Shown here: positions 1 to 12,074 of the stretch, one piece after another
Layout of the letters: every line of letters starts with the position of its first letter
Numbering within the stretch: the stretch's first letter is position 1
From: Octopus sinensis
Lineage: Eukaryota
NCBI RefSeq assembly: GCF_006345805.1
Contig: NC_043010.1
Coordinates: forward strand, 60,884,001 to 60,948,000
DNA: 64,000 nt
Direction of reading: 5' to 3'
Position numbers and translations under genes: made by a program
Notes under the pieces: generated by a model
What the model saw: the letters and a program-made list of their open reading frames with translations, nothing else
Database searches by the model: none
What the model was told of the DNA's origin: nothing

Positions 1-303
1 TTGCGTATTTCCACTTTATTTGTACCTGAAAAGTTTTCTACTTTTTTCAGTTGCAAAGTCTTTGATCAGATCCTCAAAACTTAACTTTACATCACACATC
101 CACTTCTATACTTTATAGAAACAAGGCATCCTAAGGATTATCTTAGCAAACTTAAAGTCACCTCTTTTGTGCCACAAACCATTTACCATTTCCGTGGGTC
201 CCCCCACCCTTCCCTTGATGCTCTAAACATGTTTCTTTGACTTAATGGTTAATCCATCGTTGGTTCTTTGGTTCTTGGGACTTGACTGAATCTGTTGCCT
301 GGT

Positions 304-532
304 TTAACCCTTTCATTACTGTATTTATTTTGAGATGCTCTGTGTTTCTTTCAATTACTTTAAATATAACAAAGAATTTAGTAAAATAATTTGGTTATAA
401 TTAAGCTAATGTTAGGAACATAAATTGTGACAAAGGTTTGGGGAAAGATTTTAATTCAAAACTTATGAAAACAAAACATTTGTACTACAGAGCCAGAGGC
501 AGTTTCAGCCAGGTTGGTATCAAAAGGGTTAA
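304..532. mobile_element. piggyBac-like MITE, family P1, copy 1
   Basis: TTAA|CCCTTTCATTAC ... AAAAGGG|TTAA. TTAA flanks with CCC/GGG termini are the piggyBac hallmark. Homologous to 556-784 and 31853-32082. Confidence 0.75.
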
Positions 533-555
533 GAATTGTTTCTCTATTATATATT

Positions 556-784
556 TTAACCCTTTTGTTACCATATTTCTGTTGAGATGCTCTGTGTTTC
601 TTTCAATTAATTTTTAATATAACAAAGAATTTAGTGAAATAACTTAGTTACCATTCAGCTAGTGTTGGGAACATAAACTGTGACTAAGGTTTGGTGGAAG
701 ATTTTAATTCAGAACTTTTGAAAACAAGACATTTCTACTCAGAGCCAGAACTGGTTTCAGCCAGGTTAGTAATGAAAGGGCTAA
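556..784. mobile_element. piggyBac-like MITE, family P1, copy 2
   Basis: TTAA|CCCTTTTGTTAC ... GTAATGAAAGGG|CTAA. Same internal sequence as 304-532. Confidence 0.75.
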
Positions 785-1189
785 CACCCTACCCACCCCA
801 CACCTGGTGCTTTGGGTGACTTTAACAGACCCCACTCAATTACAAAACTCTAGGTTCTACCTTCTGACTTTGCCTAACTTCATTTGTCCCTTTCCCTCTG
901 TCACACAGACCCTAATTAGAGTCACAAACACAGCCATTCTTGATCTCATTCTGTTGTTCTTTACTTCTTCTATTCCTTTATTCCTGTACTTGTGAGCCCA
1001 ACTGGAGCACCAACTTGAAGGTTTTTGCCAATCGAAACAAGCCCAGTCCTTATTTGGAGCTTGAGGTTATTCAGTCAGCCTCTGTCCTCAAACACCCCTC
1101 ACACTCTGTATACACACAGACACACACATACTCACACATGTGTGTATGTAAGTGTATACATGTATATATAACTGGTATAGTCATGGACA

Positions 1190-1690
1190 CATCACCACCA
1201 CCACCACAACCATCACTACCACTACCACCACAACCAAACCACCACCACTACCACAACCATTACCACCACCACCACAACCACCACCACCACCGCCACCACA
1301 ACCATCACCACCGCCACCACAACCATCATCACCACAACCATCACCACCACCACCACCACCACCACCGCCACCACAACCATCACCACAACCATCACCACCA
1401 CAACCATCACCACCACCACCACCATCACCACCGCCACCACAACCATCATCACCACAACCATCACCACAACCATCACCACCACTACCACCATCACCACCGC
1501 CACCACAACCATCACCACAACCATCACCACCGCCACCATCATAACTGCCACCACTGCCACCACAACCCTGCCACCACAACCATTATCACCACCACCACCA
1601 CCACCATCACCCCACCACTGCCACCACAACCATCACCATCACAACCACCACCACAACCCCCACCCCACCCAGCCACCATCTCTACCTCCG
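1190..1690. repeat. CAC/CAA/CAT trinucleotide low-complexity repeat
   Basis: Degenerate (CAC)n with recurring CAACCATCACCAC units. It produces the His-, Pro- and Thr-rich pseudo-ORFs in the track. Confidence 0.95.
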
Positions 1691-1984
1691 TCATCACTGA
1701 TTCTGTCATTATTAATCTCTTCACAGCAAACAGATCTAAAATTGAAATATGTTCCTCTAAAATAAACATATCGGACACTCAATCACTCGTTTCAACCCAC
1801 CCTGGACCACCACCATTCTCTCGCATGTCACTCTCACTCCCACCCTCACCTCTCTGTATTATGAGTTGATTATCTAAATCTTAATCCACCTGTAGACTTC
1901 TATTCTTTCTCCTTATATACACAGACACATATATACACAATGTATATACACACACACACACAACTGCATGGACGACAGACGTTA

Positions 1985-2210
1985 AATGATGATGATGGTG
2001 GTGGTGAGGAGGAGGATGGGGGTGTTGTGGTGATGATGATGATGGTGATGGTGGTGATAGTGATGGTGGTGGTGGTGGTGGTGAGGAGGAGGAGGAGGAT
2101 GGGGTGTTGTGGTGGTGATGATGATGATGGTGATGATGGTGATGGTGATGGTGGTGGTGGTGGTGAGTAGGAGGAGGAGGATGGGGTGTTGTGGTGGTGA
2201 TGATGATGAT
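1985..2210. repeat. GGT/GAT/GAG trinucleotide repeat with about 80-bp higher-order units
   Basis: GGAGGAGGATGGGG(G)TGTTGTGGTG recurs near 2008, 2091 and 2171. Confidence 0.9.
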
Positions 2211-2800
2211 GATATACATCCATACATATACATGTGTATGCATGTCTGTGTGTATACATATACACACACACACACACATATATATGTATGTATATACATG
2301 TATGTTTATGCAGATAAGTGTATGTATGTGTGTGTGTCTGCGTCCTTCTCGGCTTTCCTAAGCCCCTCTCCACCACCACCACCACCCACCACCCACCACC
2401 CACCACTTGATGAAACACTAATAAATCGGTCACATGACCAAAGGATACCATCCCAGGGCAGCACTGACTGCAACACTACCAATGCCTTGAACCACCATAC
2501 AACTGTAGCCCCAACTACCACACCACTGGAACTTCAACAACTACACCACTGGACCTACAAAACTAAGCAGGTGTGTTCCTTTTACTTATTGCATCATTTT
2601 TACTGCAATTAACCTGATTAATTAGTGTAATTAGTTCAGTTATTTTACTTTAGTAACATTTTGCTGACCAAGTCTCAGATGTCTGGACATGGCTGGATTA
2701 AACTAGCGTTTTGTTATATTCTGCATAACAGCTCTACATCTGTCCATCCATCCATCCATCTGTCTATTTATCTATCTCTCTATCTATCTATCTATCTATC

Positions 2801-2835
<35 letters not shown>

Positions 2836-2852
2836 ACAGACAGACAGACTGG

Positions 2853-3250
2853 CAGTCATTTGACTGCGGCCATGCTGGAGCACCGCCTTTAATCGAGCAA
2901 CTCGACCCCGGGACTTATTCTTTGTAAGCCCAGTACTTATTCTATCGGTCTCTTTTGCCGAACCGCTAAGTAACGGGGACATAAACACACCAGCATCGGT
3001 TGTCAAGCGATGTTGGGGGGACAAACACAGACATACAAACATACACGCACACACACACATATATATATATAAATATATACATATATTCGATGGGCTTCTT
3101 TCAGTTTCCATCTACCAAATCCACTCACAAGGCTTTGGTCAGCCCGAGGCTATAGTAGAAGACACTTGCCCAAGGTTCCACGCAGTGGGACTGAACCCGG
3201 AACCATGTGGTTGGTTAGTAAGCTACTTACCACACAGCCACTCCTGCGCC
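2853..3250 (-). mobile_element. tRNA-derived SINE family A (head + internal microsatellite + 3' module), full length
   Basis: On the minus strand, the head GGCGCAGGAGTGGCTGTGTGG has A-box-like and GGTTCAGTCCC B-box-like motifs, followed by CCTTGGGCAAGT, a (TA)n/(TG)n tract and a 3' module ending in CAGTCAAATGACTG. Many copies occur in the window. Confidence 0.85.
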
Positions 3251-4408
3251 TATATTATATATATATAATATGTGATAATTAGTTGGTTGCCATAATAAAA
3301 CTTAGAGTTTCGGATGTCGGGACAGAATTCTGCTCTGGCATTTTGTCATTAAGACAAACAAAAATGCATGGCTCCTTGCTCTTTTGACATTAGATATACA
3401 AAGATTTGATAAACTGGTCCATAAATAAAACTGACCCCATATAACATGACAAGCAAAATCTGTAACAAGTCTTTCTTCCTGATACCTTAGTAGCTTCTAA
3501 GCTGAAGTGAAGACAGCATCTTCTCTGTCTATCTCCTTACCTTCTTGGAGATTTTAGGTAAAGTTATACTAATGCGTCCATCTGTTTTAATTTAATTTAA
3601 TTCTATGTCTTTGTGCAGCTGAGGATTGCTCTGCATTTCAAATTGATGTAATGATTGCATTGTTCAATTAAATGAAGTTGCTTGAAACGATCATTACCTC
3701 TGGATATCCTTGTTGCTTATTTATCAGTTAGTTTGTTTATGTCCCCATAACTTAGCAGTTCAGCAAAAGAGACCAAAAGAATTATGTCTTGCAACCTTTT
3801 CAATAGTTTTGAGAGTCAAAACTATTGAAAAGGTTGCAAGACGCAATGAAAATTTTAGAAAAATAAAAAAGAATAAAAAAAAAAGGTGGAAATTTTACCA
3901 GTGAGTGTGTTAAATAATAAGGCACCAAAAGAGAATGACTCTCCCCAGACAACAGAATATCCTATCACTGTTTTCCTCTATCAGTAGGGATGTATTTTGC
4001 CTTAACTTGCAGCTAGTGATGGGTACATGCTGCCGACAAAGCCTAATCGGGCAGAAATGTATACCTAGACATTTAAATAGTTGCTGCTGGACAATTTTCA
4101 CTTGCTACAGATGTAGTTTTGTGGTTTGAAACAATGCATTCATAAAGGATATCAGCCTTGGATGAATAATACACTTAATTTGCCTTGCATAGTGTCTCTG
4201 CATTAATTATGCTATACAGGTGCCTATTTTATTCTAATGCTGCTTCTATTGCATATAAGGAATTTTCATTCAGCCCAGCAGTTTATCACAACATCAGTGA
4301 TTTTTCAATGAGTTAGTCTATATCATTAGCAATGTACTTTGTCTTAACATGTTGTTAGTAGTGAATATATATATATATATATATGTATGCATATATATAT
4401 GCATTTAA

Positions 4409-4593
4409 GGCGGCGAGCTGGCAGAAACGCGTTCCAAGTTCAAATTCCGCCGAGGTCAACTTTGCCTTTCATCCTTCCGGGGTCGATAAATTAAGTACCA
4501 GTTACGCACTGAGGTCGATGTAATCGACTTAATCCCTTTGTCTGTCCTTGGTTGTCTCCTCTGTGTTTAGCCCCTTGTGGGTAGTAAAGAAAT
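4409..4593 (+). mobile_element. SINE family B (GGCGGCGAGCTGGCAGAA head), internally deleted
   Basis: A-box-like TGGCAGAAACG, B-box-like GTTCAAATTCC and body GGGGTCGATAAATTAAGTACCAG. Homologous to 8120, 47050, 53889 and 59925. Confidence 0.8.
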
Positions 4594-5333
4594 ATATATA
4601 TATGTATGCATAATAAGCATGGTCACATGTGTGTTAGTGTTTGTAGGCACTAATGTAACTTGGTGTAAATACCATATGATATTTAAATTTGTAAAGGAAA
4701 TTAACCTTCAAAAGGGATCCAAATTGGATAAAGTTAAAACTAATAAACACCAATAGATACATCGTTGAACACTGGAGTTGATATATTTACTAATGGTTCA
4801 TGGAAGTGGTACCTTTAATCTCATGAGATGGCTTATTCAACCATTCAGCTTTGTTAAGCAAAACTTGAAGTTGTCAGCATAAATTTTACAACATTCTCCT
4901 CCTCCTCCTCATGTGTGTTTTCCATGCTGGCATGGTTGGACAGTTCGACAGGAGCCAATGAGGCAGAGGACTACATCCAGCTCTACTGTCTGCTTTGGCA
5001 GGGTTTCTGTGGCTGGATGCCCTTCCTAATGTCAACCATTCCCCCCATGCATTGTAATTTCCACTAATTCTCCATTATTATATCCTTGTTTGCTTTTGTT
5101 TTACATTTATTTATGTTTTCTATTCAAAAGCGAAACCAGTGGTGTTGGCTCATTTGACATGAAGTTTCTGGCCCCTCAAAGATGAAATTACTATAAACAA
5201 AGGCTGTCTCCTGTCTTCACCCCAAACTACCTTACCCTGTACCCATCACTGCAGATGAATTACCTGATGTATTCTCCCTGGGGCTTCATGAGTGAAACCA
5301 CTCTCACAAAACTGTGTCCAACTTCATTGTGTC

Positions 5334-7637
5334 ATGTTCGCACTATTACTAGTGTTTATAAACCTCCAGTGTTACTTGTGTGTCGACTTAATATATTATG
5401 TGGAAGAAGGCGAAAAACCAAACACATACATTGGTGACATTGGAGCTGATTCTAAGCTGCTGAACAGCATCAGTGCCAAAGAAATGGATCTGATTCGATT
5501 CAGTCAGGTGGGGCAAGGTGTAACAGACGGTTCTCATTTCTTCCGAGTGTCAGAAAAAACAGGCAAGCTGTACACTACTCAAATACTAGATGCTGAGTCG
5601 ATGTGTGTTCAGAAAATAGAATGTTCCAGAAGTGTAGATATTGCAATTAAAAAAGCCGAGACATTTATGAAAATTCTTGAGATAAAAATATACGTGTTGG
5701 ACCTTAATGATCATCGGCCCCAATTTCCAAAGAGTAAAGTGAAAATAGAGTTTTTAGAGGATGACAAAAGGGGGAGAATAAGGAAGATTCCAAGTGCTCT
5801 GGATAAAGATATTGGGATATTAAACTCAAAGATAGACTATCAACTGAAGGTCAGTTCTAGTGACCCCTTTTCACTGACCGTGACCAAACGCCTGGATGAA
5901 ACAGATGAACTGTGGATTTCTCTCAAAGACAATCTTGACAGAGAAACAAAAGATATGTACACTATGCAGGTAATTGCTAAAGACCGTGGGGTCCCACCTA
6001 AAGAGAGTGTTCTGGATGTTGAGGTGGAAGTTCTTGATGTCAATGATAATACACCAGTATTTGCACAGAATGCCTACAACATTACTGCCATCAATGAAAA
6101 CTATCAGACTTCTCCGATTCTGGTGTTATCAGCGAGTGATAAAGATACGGAGAGGAATGGTGACATCACATACCATTTCAGCATCAACACACCAGAGAAT
6201 TTAAAATCGCATTTTGAATTGAATGAGAAGACAGGTGAATTGTTCTTGCAGAGGAAGTTTATTTCAGGACAGAAGCTGACACATTGGTTGTATGTGGAGG
6301 CAATTGATGGAGGCAAACCTCCTCTCAGTTCTATGGCTGCTGTTCTGGTGCGTGTCATCAATCAACTTAATCAACCACCAAAGATATATTTCAACTTTGT
6401 GTCGAGGGCATCAGGAAAAACTGCCATTATATCGGAACAGATCCGAGTCGGTAGTTTCATTGCGTACATTAAAGTGGAAGATGAAGATGTGGGTCAAAAT
6501 GGTGACATTGAATGTCAGATGAACCACGACAAATTCCAACTGGTAGAATTAGGTCCCAAGAAATTCAAAGTTATTATTAAAAATAAAGTTGACAGAGAGT
6601 TGAATGACTACTATGACGTCACAATCATCTGCCGTGACAAGGGTAAGCCACCTTTGCAGACCAAAGACAAGTTCTCAGTCATCATAACAGACGTTAACGA
6701 TGAACATCCAAAATTTTCCAAGAAATTCTATCAGTTTTGGACAAAAGAAAACAACCAAGCTAACATCTCAATTGGTGTCCTTAGTGCCACAGATGCAGAC
6801 CTCGGAGCGGGGGGACAGTTACATTTCTCTCTGTCTTCCAGCAATGAATCTAAGACACCATTTCAAATTTCCAAAGATGGGGTGATATCAGCAAAAGAAC
6901 CATTAGACCGTGAACAACAAGGCTGTTACAAGTTTGAAGTCGTGGCTTGTGATAAAGGGACCCCATCACTGAGCAGCACAGCAAGTATCAATGTCATAAT
7001 TACAGATGAAAATGATAATGCCCCCTATTTCATATTCCCCCCAAATAACCCCTTTCCCCTGGATATTTCCTACCACAACTCCAGTCAAAACAACATTACC
7101 ATTTTAAAGGCAAAGGACATAGACTGGGGTCAGAATGCTTTCCTTACATACAACATTATCTCAGGAAACAATCGAAGCTTGTTTGATATCAATCATTACT
7201 CAGGTTTACTCCTATTTGCCCGCCAAATCAGTGTCAACGATTCGGGTGTCCATGAGCTACAGATATCTGTGAAGGACAGTGGTACGCCTTCTCTCTCGTC
7301 TCTTACTAATTTAACTCTGACAGTGACCATTAACAACAAACAAATGAAATCAAAGACATCTGCTCAAAAACAAACTGAGGTAGGACTAGATTCAAGTTTG
7401 TTGGTCGTCATAATCCTGGTGGCTGTTGTGATGTCCGTATCTTTTGCAATTCCACTGACATGGTGCATTATTAAATGCAACAACAGGAACAATCAGCATT
7501 ATCACCGCAAAATCCGTCCATCAGATCAAAGTGCACCGGATCCAGATGCACATACAAGTGCAGCAACATGCAGACAACCAAACTTAGATGGAGTCAACTC
7601 TTCTGTTCTTCTTGAAACAACAGAAATTACACAACAG
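5334..7637 (+). CDS. Pcdh: Protocadherin exon 1: signal peptide, 6 cadherin (EC) repeats, TM helix, start of cytoplasmic tail
   Basis: ATG at 5334 (MFALLLVFINLQC); the track start at 5292 is a GTG. EC1 has a CX5C motif (CVQKIEC). Linkers are DLNDHRP, DVNDNTP, DVNDEHP and DENDNAP, with LDRE/VDRE motifs. TM is LLVVIILVAVVMSVSFAIPLTWCII. Perfect phase-0 donor CAG|GTGAGT at 7637/7638. Confidence 0.97.
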
Positions 7638-7829
7638 GTGAGTTGAAAAACTTGTCTAAGCTACCAATATCTACTCTCAAAGATAGAATATATGGTTCTG
7701 AATACTATACCCAACATACTCCCTAATCTTGGAACAATGTCAGACTTTCATTTCTCGTCTAAATTCTATACATTACATGCTTCTTACTGTTGGTTAAGCC
7801 AAGGTCTGCTCCAATTCTACACCAGTTAA

Positions 7830-8055
7830 CCCGATGTCATTCGGATTCTTTTCTACTCTAGGCACAAGGCCCGGAATTTTGGGGGAGGGACCAGTCGATT
7901 AGATCAACCCTAGTATGCAACTGTATTTAATTTATCGACCCAAAAGGATGAAAGGCAAAGTTGACTTCGGCAGAATTTGAACTCAGAACATAAAGACAGA
8001 TGAAATACGGCTAAGCATTTCACCCAGCCTGCTAACGATTCTGCCAGATTACCAC
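7830..8055 (-). mobile_element. SINE family B
   Basis: Reverse-complement homology to 8120-8340. Confidence 0.75.
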
Positions 8056-8084
8056 TCTATTATATCATTCTGATTGAGAGGTAA

Positions 8085-8117
<33 letters not shown>

Positions 8118-8119
8118 AA

Positions 8120-8340
8120 GGCAGTGAGCTGGCAGAAACATTAGCACGCCGGGCGAAATGCTTAGCGGTATTTCGTCTGCCGTTGCGTTCTGAGTCCAAA
8201 TTCCGCTAAGGTCGACTTGGCCTTTCATCCTTTTGGGGTTGATAAATTAAGTACTAGTTGCATACGGGGGTCGATCTAATCGACTGCTTCCCCCTCCCAC
8301 AAAAATTTCAGGCCTTATGCCTATAATACAAAGGATTATT
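8120..8340 (+). mobile_element. SINE family B, full length
   Basis: GGCAGTGAGCTGGCAGAAACATTAGCACGCCGGGCGAAATGCTTAGCGG ... GGGGTCGATCTAATCGACT. Confidence 0.8.
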
Positions 8341-8672
8341 ACACGTGTGTGTGTGTGTGAATGAATCTATATGTATAGTTGTGTGTGTTTATGTATGTGT
8401 ATTTATATCCTGTATATGTGTCACATGTATGTGTCTATCATGATGTTTTGTGCATGTATCTATGCATGTCTGTATGTGTACATCTGTGCATACATGTGTA
8501 TATCTGATTGTGTATGTATGTGTGTGTATCTGTAGATGTGCATGCATCTATGTGTTTGTATCTGCATGTGCATGTGTGCATGTGCACACCACTAAACTTT
8601 AGTGTAATTAACCAAGCCCTATTGCAATTCGACCCCTATAACTCAAACTTTATCAAATCTTATTTCCCCTAG

Positions 8673-8802
8673 ACCTGCGTACAAGAACTAGCCATTCCCC
8701 CTGGTGGCAGAGATGGAAACCAATTTAGCGTGAACACCCTGGCGATTCTGCCCCCAGATCAAACAGTTCAACTGAATGGTTCTGAGATCAGCTGTAACCC
8801 AG
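8673..8802 (+). CDS. Pcdh: Protocadherin exon 2 (cytoplasmic), predicted
   Basis: Acceptor tcttatttcccctag|ACC and donor CCAG|GTAGGC. The 130 nt are open in phase 0 (TCVQELAIPPGGRDGNQFSVNTLAILPPDQTVQLNGSEISCNP) and end in phase 1. Confidence 0.72.
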
Positions 8803-9443
8803 GTAGGCAGGTCTTCATCCCACACATGCATCCCCACATATTACCTAATGTAATGATGAAGATGAGGGTGGTGAAGGACGGTGGTGGTGGTGTGGTGGTG
8901 ACGACGACATACAGGGGTTGGCATAATTGACTGAAAACAATTAAAGGTGGTGCTCCAGCATGACCAGAGCCCAGTATCTGAAACCAATAAAAACAAATAG
9001 ATTGAGCTGTTAGAAACATCAAATATGATACCTTGTGGTATTTGTTCTGACTCCCTCCATTCTGGGTTCAAATCCCACCAAAGTCAGATTTGTCTTTCGT
9101 CCTTTCAGAGTTAATAAAAAGGAGATCAATCCAAGGTGGGACTTTAACAACCTCAAGCCAGATACCTTGTGGTATTTATTCAGATTCTTTGTAGTTCGAG
9201 TTGGAATTCTATTTTGGTTGAATTCTTTTATTTTATTCTTTTTTCTTTTCAGTCATTTGACTGTGGCTATGCTGGAGCACCGCCTTTAGTCAAACAAATC
9301 GACCCCAGGACTTATTCTTTATAAGCCTAGTACTAATTCTATTGGTTTTTATTGGCAAACTGCAAAGTTATGGGGACATAAACACACCAGCATCGGTTGT
9401 CAAGCGATAGTTGAGGGACAAACACAGACACACAAACATATAC

Positions 9444-9490
<47 letters not shown>

Positions 9491-9703
9491 AGATAAGAAA
9501 ATGGAGAAATACATCTAAATCAAATATCAATTACCAGATAATACTCAATCACATACTTTATTAAACCACCACATAAGAGACTGTAGGGTTAGATATAAAA
9601 AGCAGAACAAATCAGTGTACATAAAGGAATGTACATAAAAAAGTAATGTTGTATAATAAGTAGAATATATATAAAAGAAAATATAAATATAAGTATAGAT
9701 TAT

Positions 9704-9830
9704 ATCTTACAGCTGTTTCGGCCATGTAGATAAGTATGTCTCATTTTACCAATATTAGCCCTTTATGGTAGGTCAATATATAGATATAAATGAGACATTT
9801 ACAAAAATATCATAAGGCCTCTTCGGAGAT
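9704..9830 (-). ncRNA. Type I hammerhead ribozyme-like motif (Penelope-like element terminal repeat relic)
   Basis: Minus strand reads AUCU-CCGAAGA-GGCC...(long loop)...GGCC-GAAA-CAGCUG-UA-AGAU. Stems I and II, a palindromic stem III and a GUA cleavage triplet are in canonical order. The core is CCGAAGA rather than CUGANGA. Confidence 0.55.
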
Positions 9831-10764
9831 TATGTAATATAAAACAGTCTACATATATACCCACATGGGTGTGGGTGCATACCCATAATACAACATATAC
9901 ATATGAGTGCATATACTCACACTCCTATATATATAAGAATATACATATACATAATGATATAAGTAAATAATATAAATTAGTAAACATATATGTGTTCAAC
10001 ATCCAATGTCTCAGTTTTTCGACTTAATATTGTGATAATAAACATACACAAATTAGTACCTAGATGCAAATATACATAGTCAATAATACATTATATTGCT
10101 TCATACTAATTTCTAAAGTGTCATTAAAGTTAGCATCATTATCGTTGTCAATACCATTAATGTTATCATTCATAATATTATTAATAACGCTTACATTAGG
10201 ATCCAGAGCGGTATATATGTATGTCCGGGTTCCAGTTAGTAATTTTCCTTATGACATAAATATCATTATCTTCCGCACGGTTGGTCAATTGAGAGCTGCC
10301 TGACCTCCACCACAACGCACCAGCAAAACATACACATCCACATCTAACCCTAAACCTATATATATATGTATATATATATATATATATATACGACAGGCTT
10401 CTTTCAGTTTCTGCCTACCAAATCCACTCACAAGGCTTTGGTCAGCCTGAGGCTATAGAAAACATTTGCCCACAGTGCCACTGAACCCAGAACCATGTGG
10501 TCGGTAAGCAAGCTAATTGATCCCTTTTCCAGTTTAACATCATCACCTGGCATGTTGAGTACATTTGAAGGCATTTAGGTCAAGTTTTCAGTTGGAGGAC
10601 ACCTTCATCCTTCCTACCACTCTCACAGATCCTGTAAAGAATCAAAGGGTGCTGCCTTTCCTCCTGATCAAAAAGAAAGACAAGAAAAAATTCCCAGGTG
10701 TTCCTTACTTTATATTCTCACCTTCAGAGTCCCCTACTTTGTCCCTTTAGTTTCATCAGTGTAG

Positions 10765-11095
10765 TTGTTATCATCATTGCTTAACATCCGTTTCCATGCT
10801 AGCATCGGTTGGACGTATGACTGAGGGCTGGCGATCCAGATGGCTGCACCAGGCTCCAATCTTAATTTGGCAGAGTTTCTACAGCTGGATGCCCTTCCTA
10901 ACGCCAACCACTCTTAGGGTGTAGTGGGAGCTTTTAAGTGCCACCAGCACGGGGCCAGTCAGGCAGCACTGGCAACAACCTCACTCGAATCTTTTACACA
11001 TGCCACCAGCACAGGTGCCAGTAAGGCAACTTTGGTAATGATCATGCTCGAATGGTGTTTTTTACGTGCCACCGGCATGGGGGCCAGAGAGCCGC
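10765..11095 (-). mobile_element. RTE-type LINE 3' end / derived short element (family C, (GAT)n tail)
   Basis: Minus strand GTGGTTGGCGTTAGGAAGGGCATCCAGCTGTAGAAAC ... CATGCTAGCATGGAAACGGATGTTAAGCAATGATG. The family has more than 12 copies in the window. Confidence 0.7.
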
Positions 11096-11201
11096 TCTGA
11101 TGAAAACCTCCTGCTGCTCAACTGTAATCTAGGGGTCCACCTTACTGACAAAACATGTGGGAGGCAAAAAAAGACCCCTTTCTCCTAGTTTTCTCAACAT
11201 G

Positions 11202-11368
11202 TGGAGGCGCAATGGCCCAGTGGTTAGGGCAGCGGACTCGCGGTCGCAGGATCGCGGTTTCGATTCCCAGACCGGGCATTGTGAGTGTTTATTGAGCGAA
11301 AACACCTAAAAAAGCTCCACGAGGCTCCGGCAGGGGATGGTGGTGATCCCTGCTGTATTCTTTCACCA
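11202..11368 (+). mobile_element. tRNA-derived SINE head (separate family)
   Basis: GGAGGCGCAATGGCCCAGTGGTTAGGGCAGCGGACTCGCGGTCGCAGGATCGCGGTTTCGATTCCCAGACC. The D-arm and T-arm boxes are intact, but there is no acceptor-stem pairing and it continues into a non-tRNA body. Confidence 0.65.
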
Positions 11369-11457
11369 AAAGGCGGTGCTCCAGCATAGCCACAGTCAAA
11401 TGACTGAAACAAGTAAAAGAGTATGTAAGACCATGTTTTATTTCTTTTATTTTACAG

Positions 11458-11804
11458 AACATTCTATGGTGCCTTACACTGATGAGAACCCGAGAGTCAG
11501 AGCCATGAAAATTCTGCACCGGGCTTTCAGCTGCCCAGATGACCAAACGAACAATATCAGCTACCTTTACAAACTGCACCTGTCTCAGATCAGGGAACTG
11601 GCCATTTGCCAACCAAGCCTAGTAAGAGGTCCGAGCATCACTTTACATAATGAAAACCAAAGCATCGTCCCTCAGTCGAACGCCGAATCAGTCCAGTATT
11701 GCACACAGAATCAGAGATTATACCGTATCCATTCTGTCAGGCAGAACACACAAAAGACTTGCTACAAGAAACACTGCAACACTTCCACAGAACAAAACGA
11801 ATAA
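11458..11804 (+). CDS. Pcdh: Protocadherin exon 3 (terminal cytoplasmic), predicted
   Basis: Strong acceptor ttttatttcttttattttacag|AAC. Only the phase-1 frame stays open (EHSMVPYTDENPRVRAMK...TEQNE*), which matches exon 2. The stop TAA overlaps AATAAA at 11800-11805. Confidence 0.72.
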
Positions 11805-11856
11805 ACAATGACACAAATATTCTGAAATTTCACTTTGTTTTTCAAGGTCTGGTGAT

Positions 11857-12071
11857 TTAACCCTTTAGTGTTTAAACCGACCATATCCGGCCCAAATAAT
11901 CTACCTGTTTTCTGTTAAAACTGCCCAGATTTGGTATCTCACACCAACCTATAATGTCAATCTAAAAACAGGTGATAACATCATCGAAATCTTAAAGCTA
12001 TGATTAGCTTAAAACAATATGGATGAATAAATATTATATTTGACAGAATAATCTGAATGCTAAAGGGTTAA
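11857..12071. mobile_element. piggyBac-like MITE, family P2
   Basis: TTAA|CCCTTTAG ... CTAAAGGG|TTAA. Partial homologues at about 40610-40764 and 45655-45810. Confidence 0.75.
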
Positions 12072-12074
12072 ATG

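Noticed and set aside
940-2612. Long His-, Pro-, Gly- and Val-rich ORFs (e.g. 309 aa at 940-1869)
   Set aside because: Stop-free trinucleotide microsatellites are open in several frames on both strands. There are no domains or splice support.
11202-11275. Functional tRNA gene
   Set aside because: The A/B boxes are present, but the acceptor and anticodon stems do not pair properly and the sequence continues into a SINE body.
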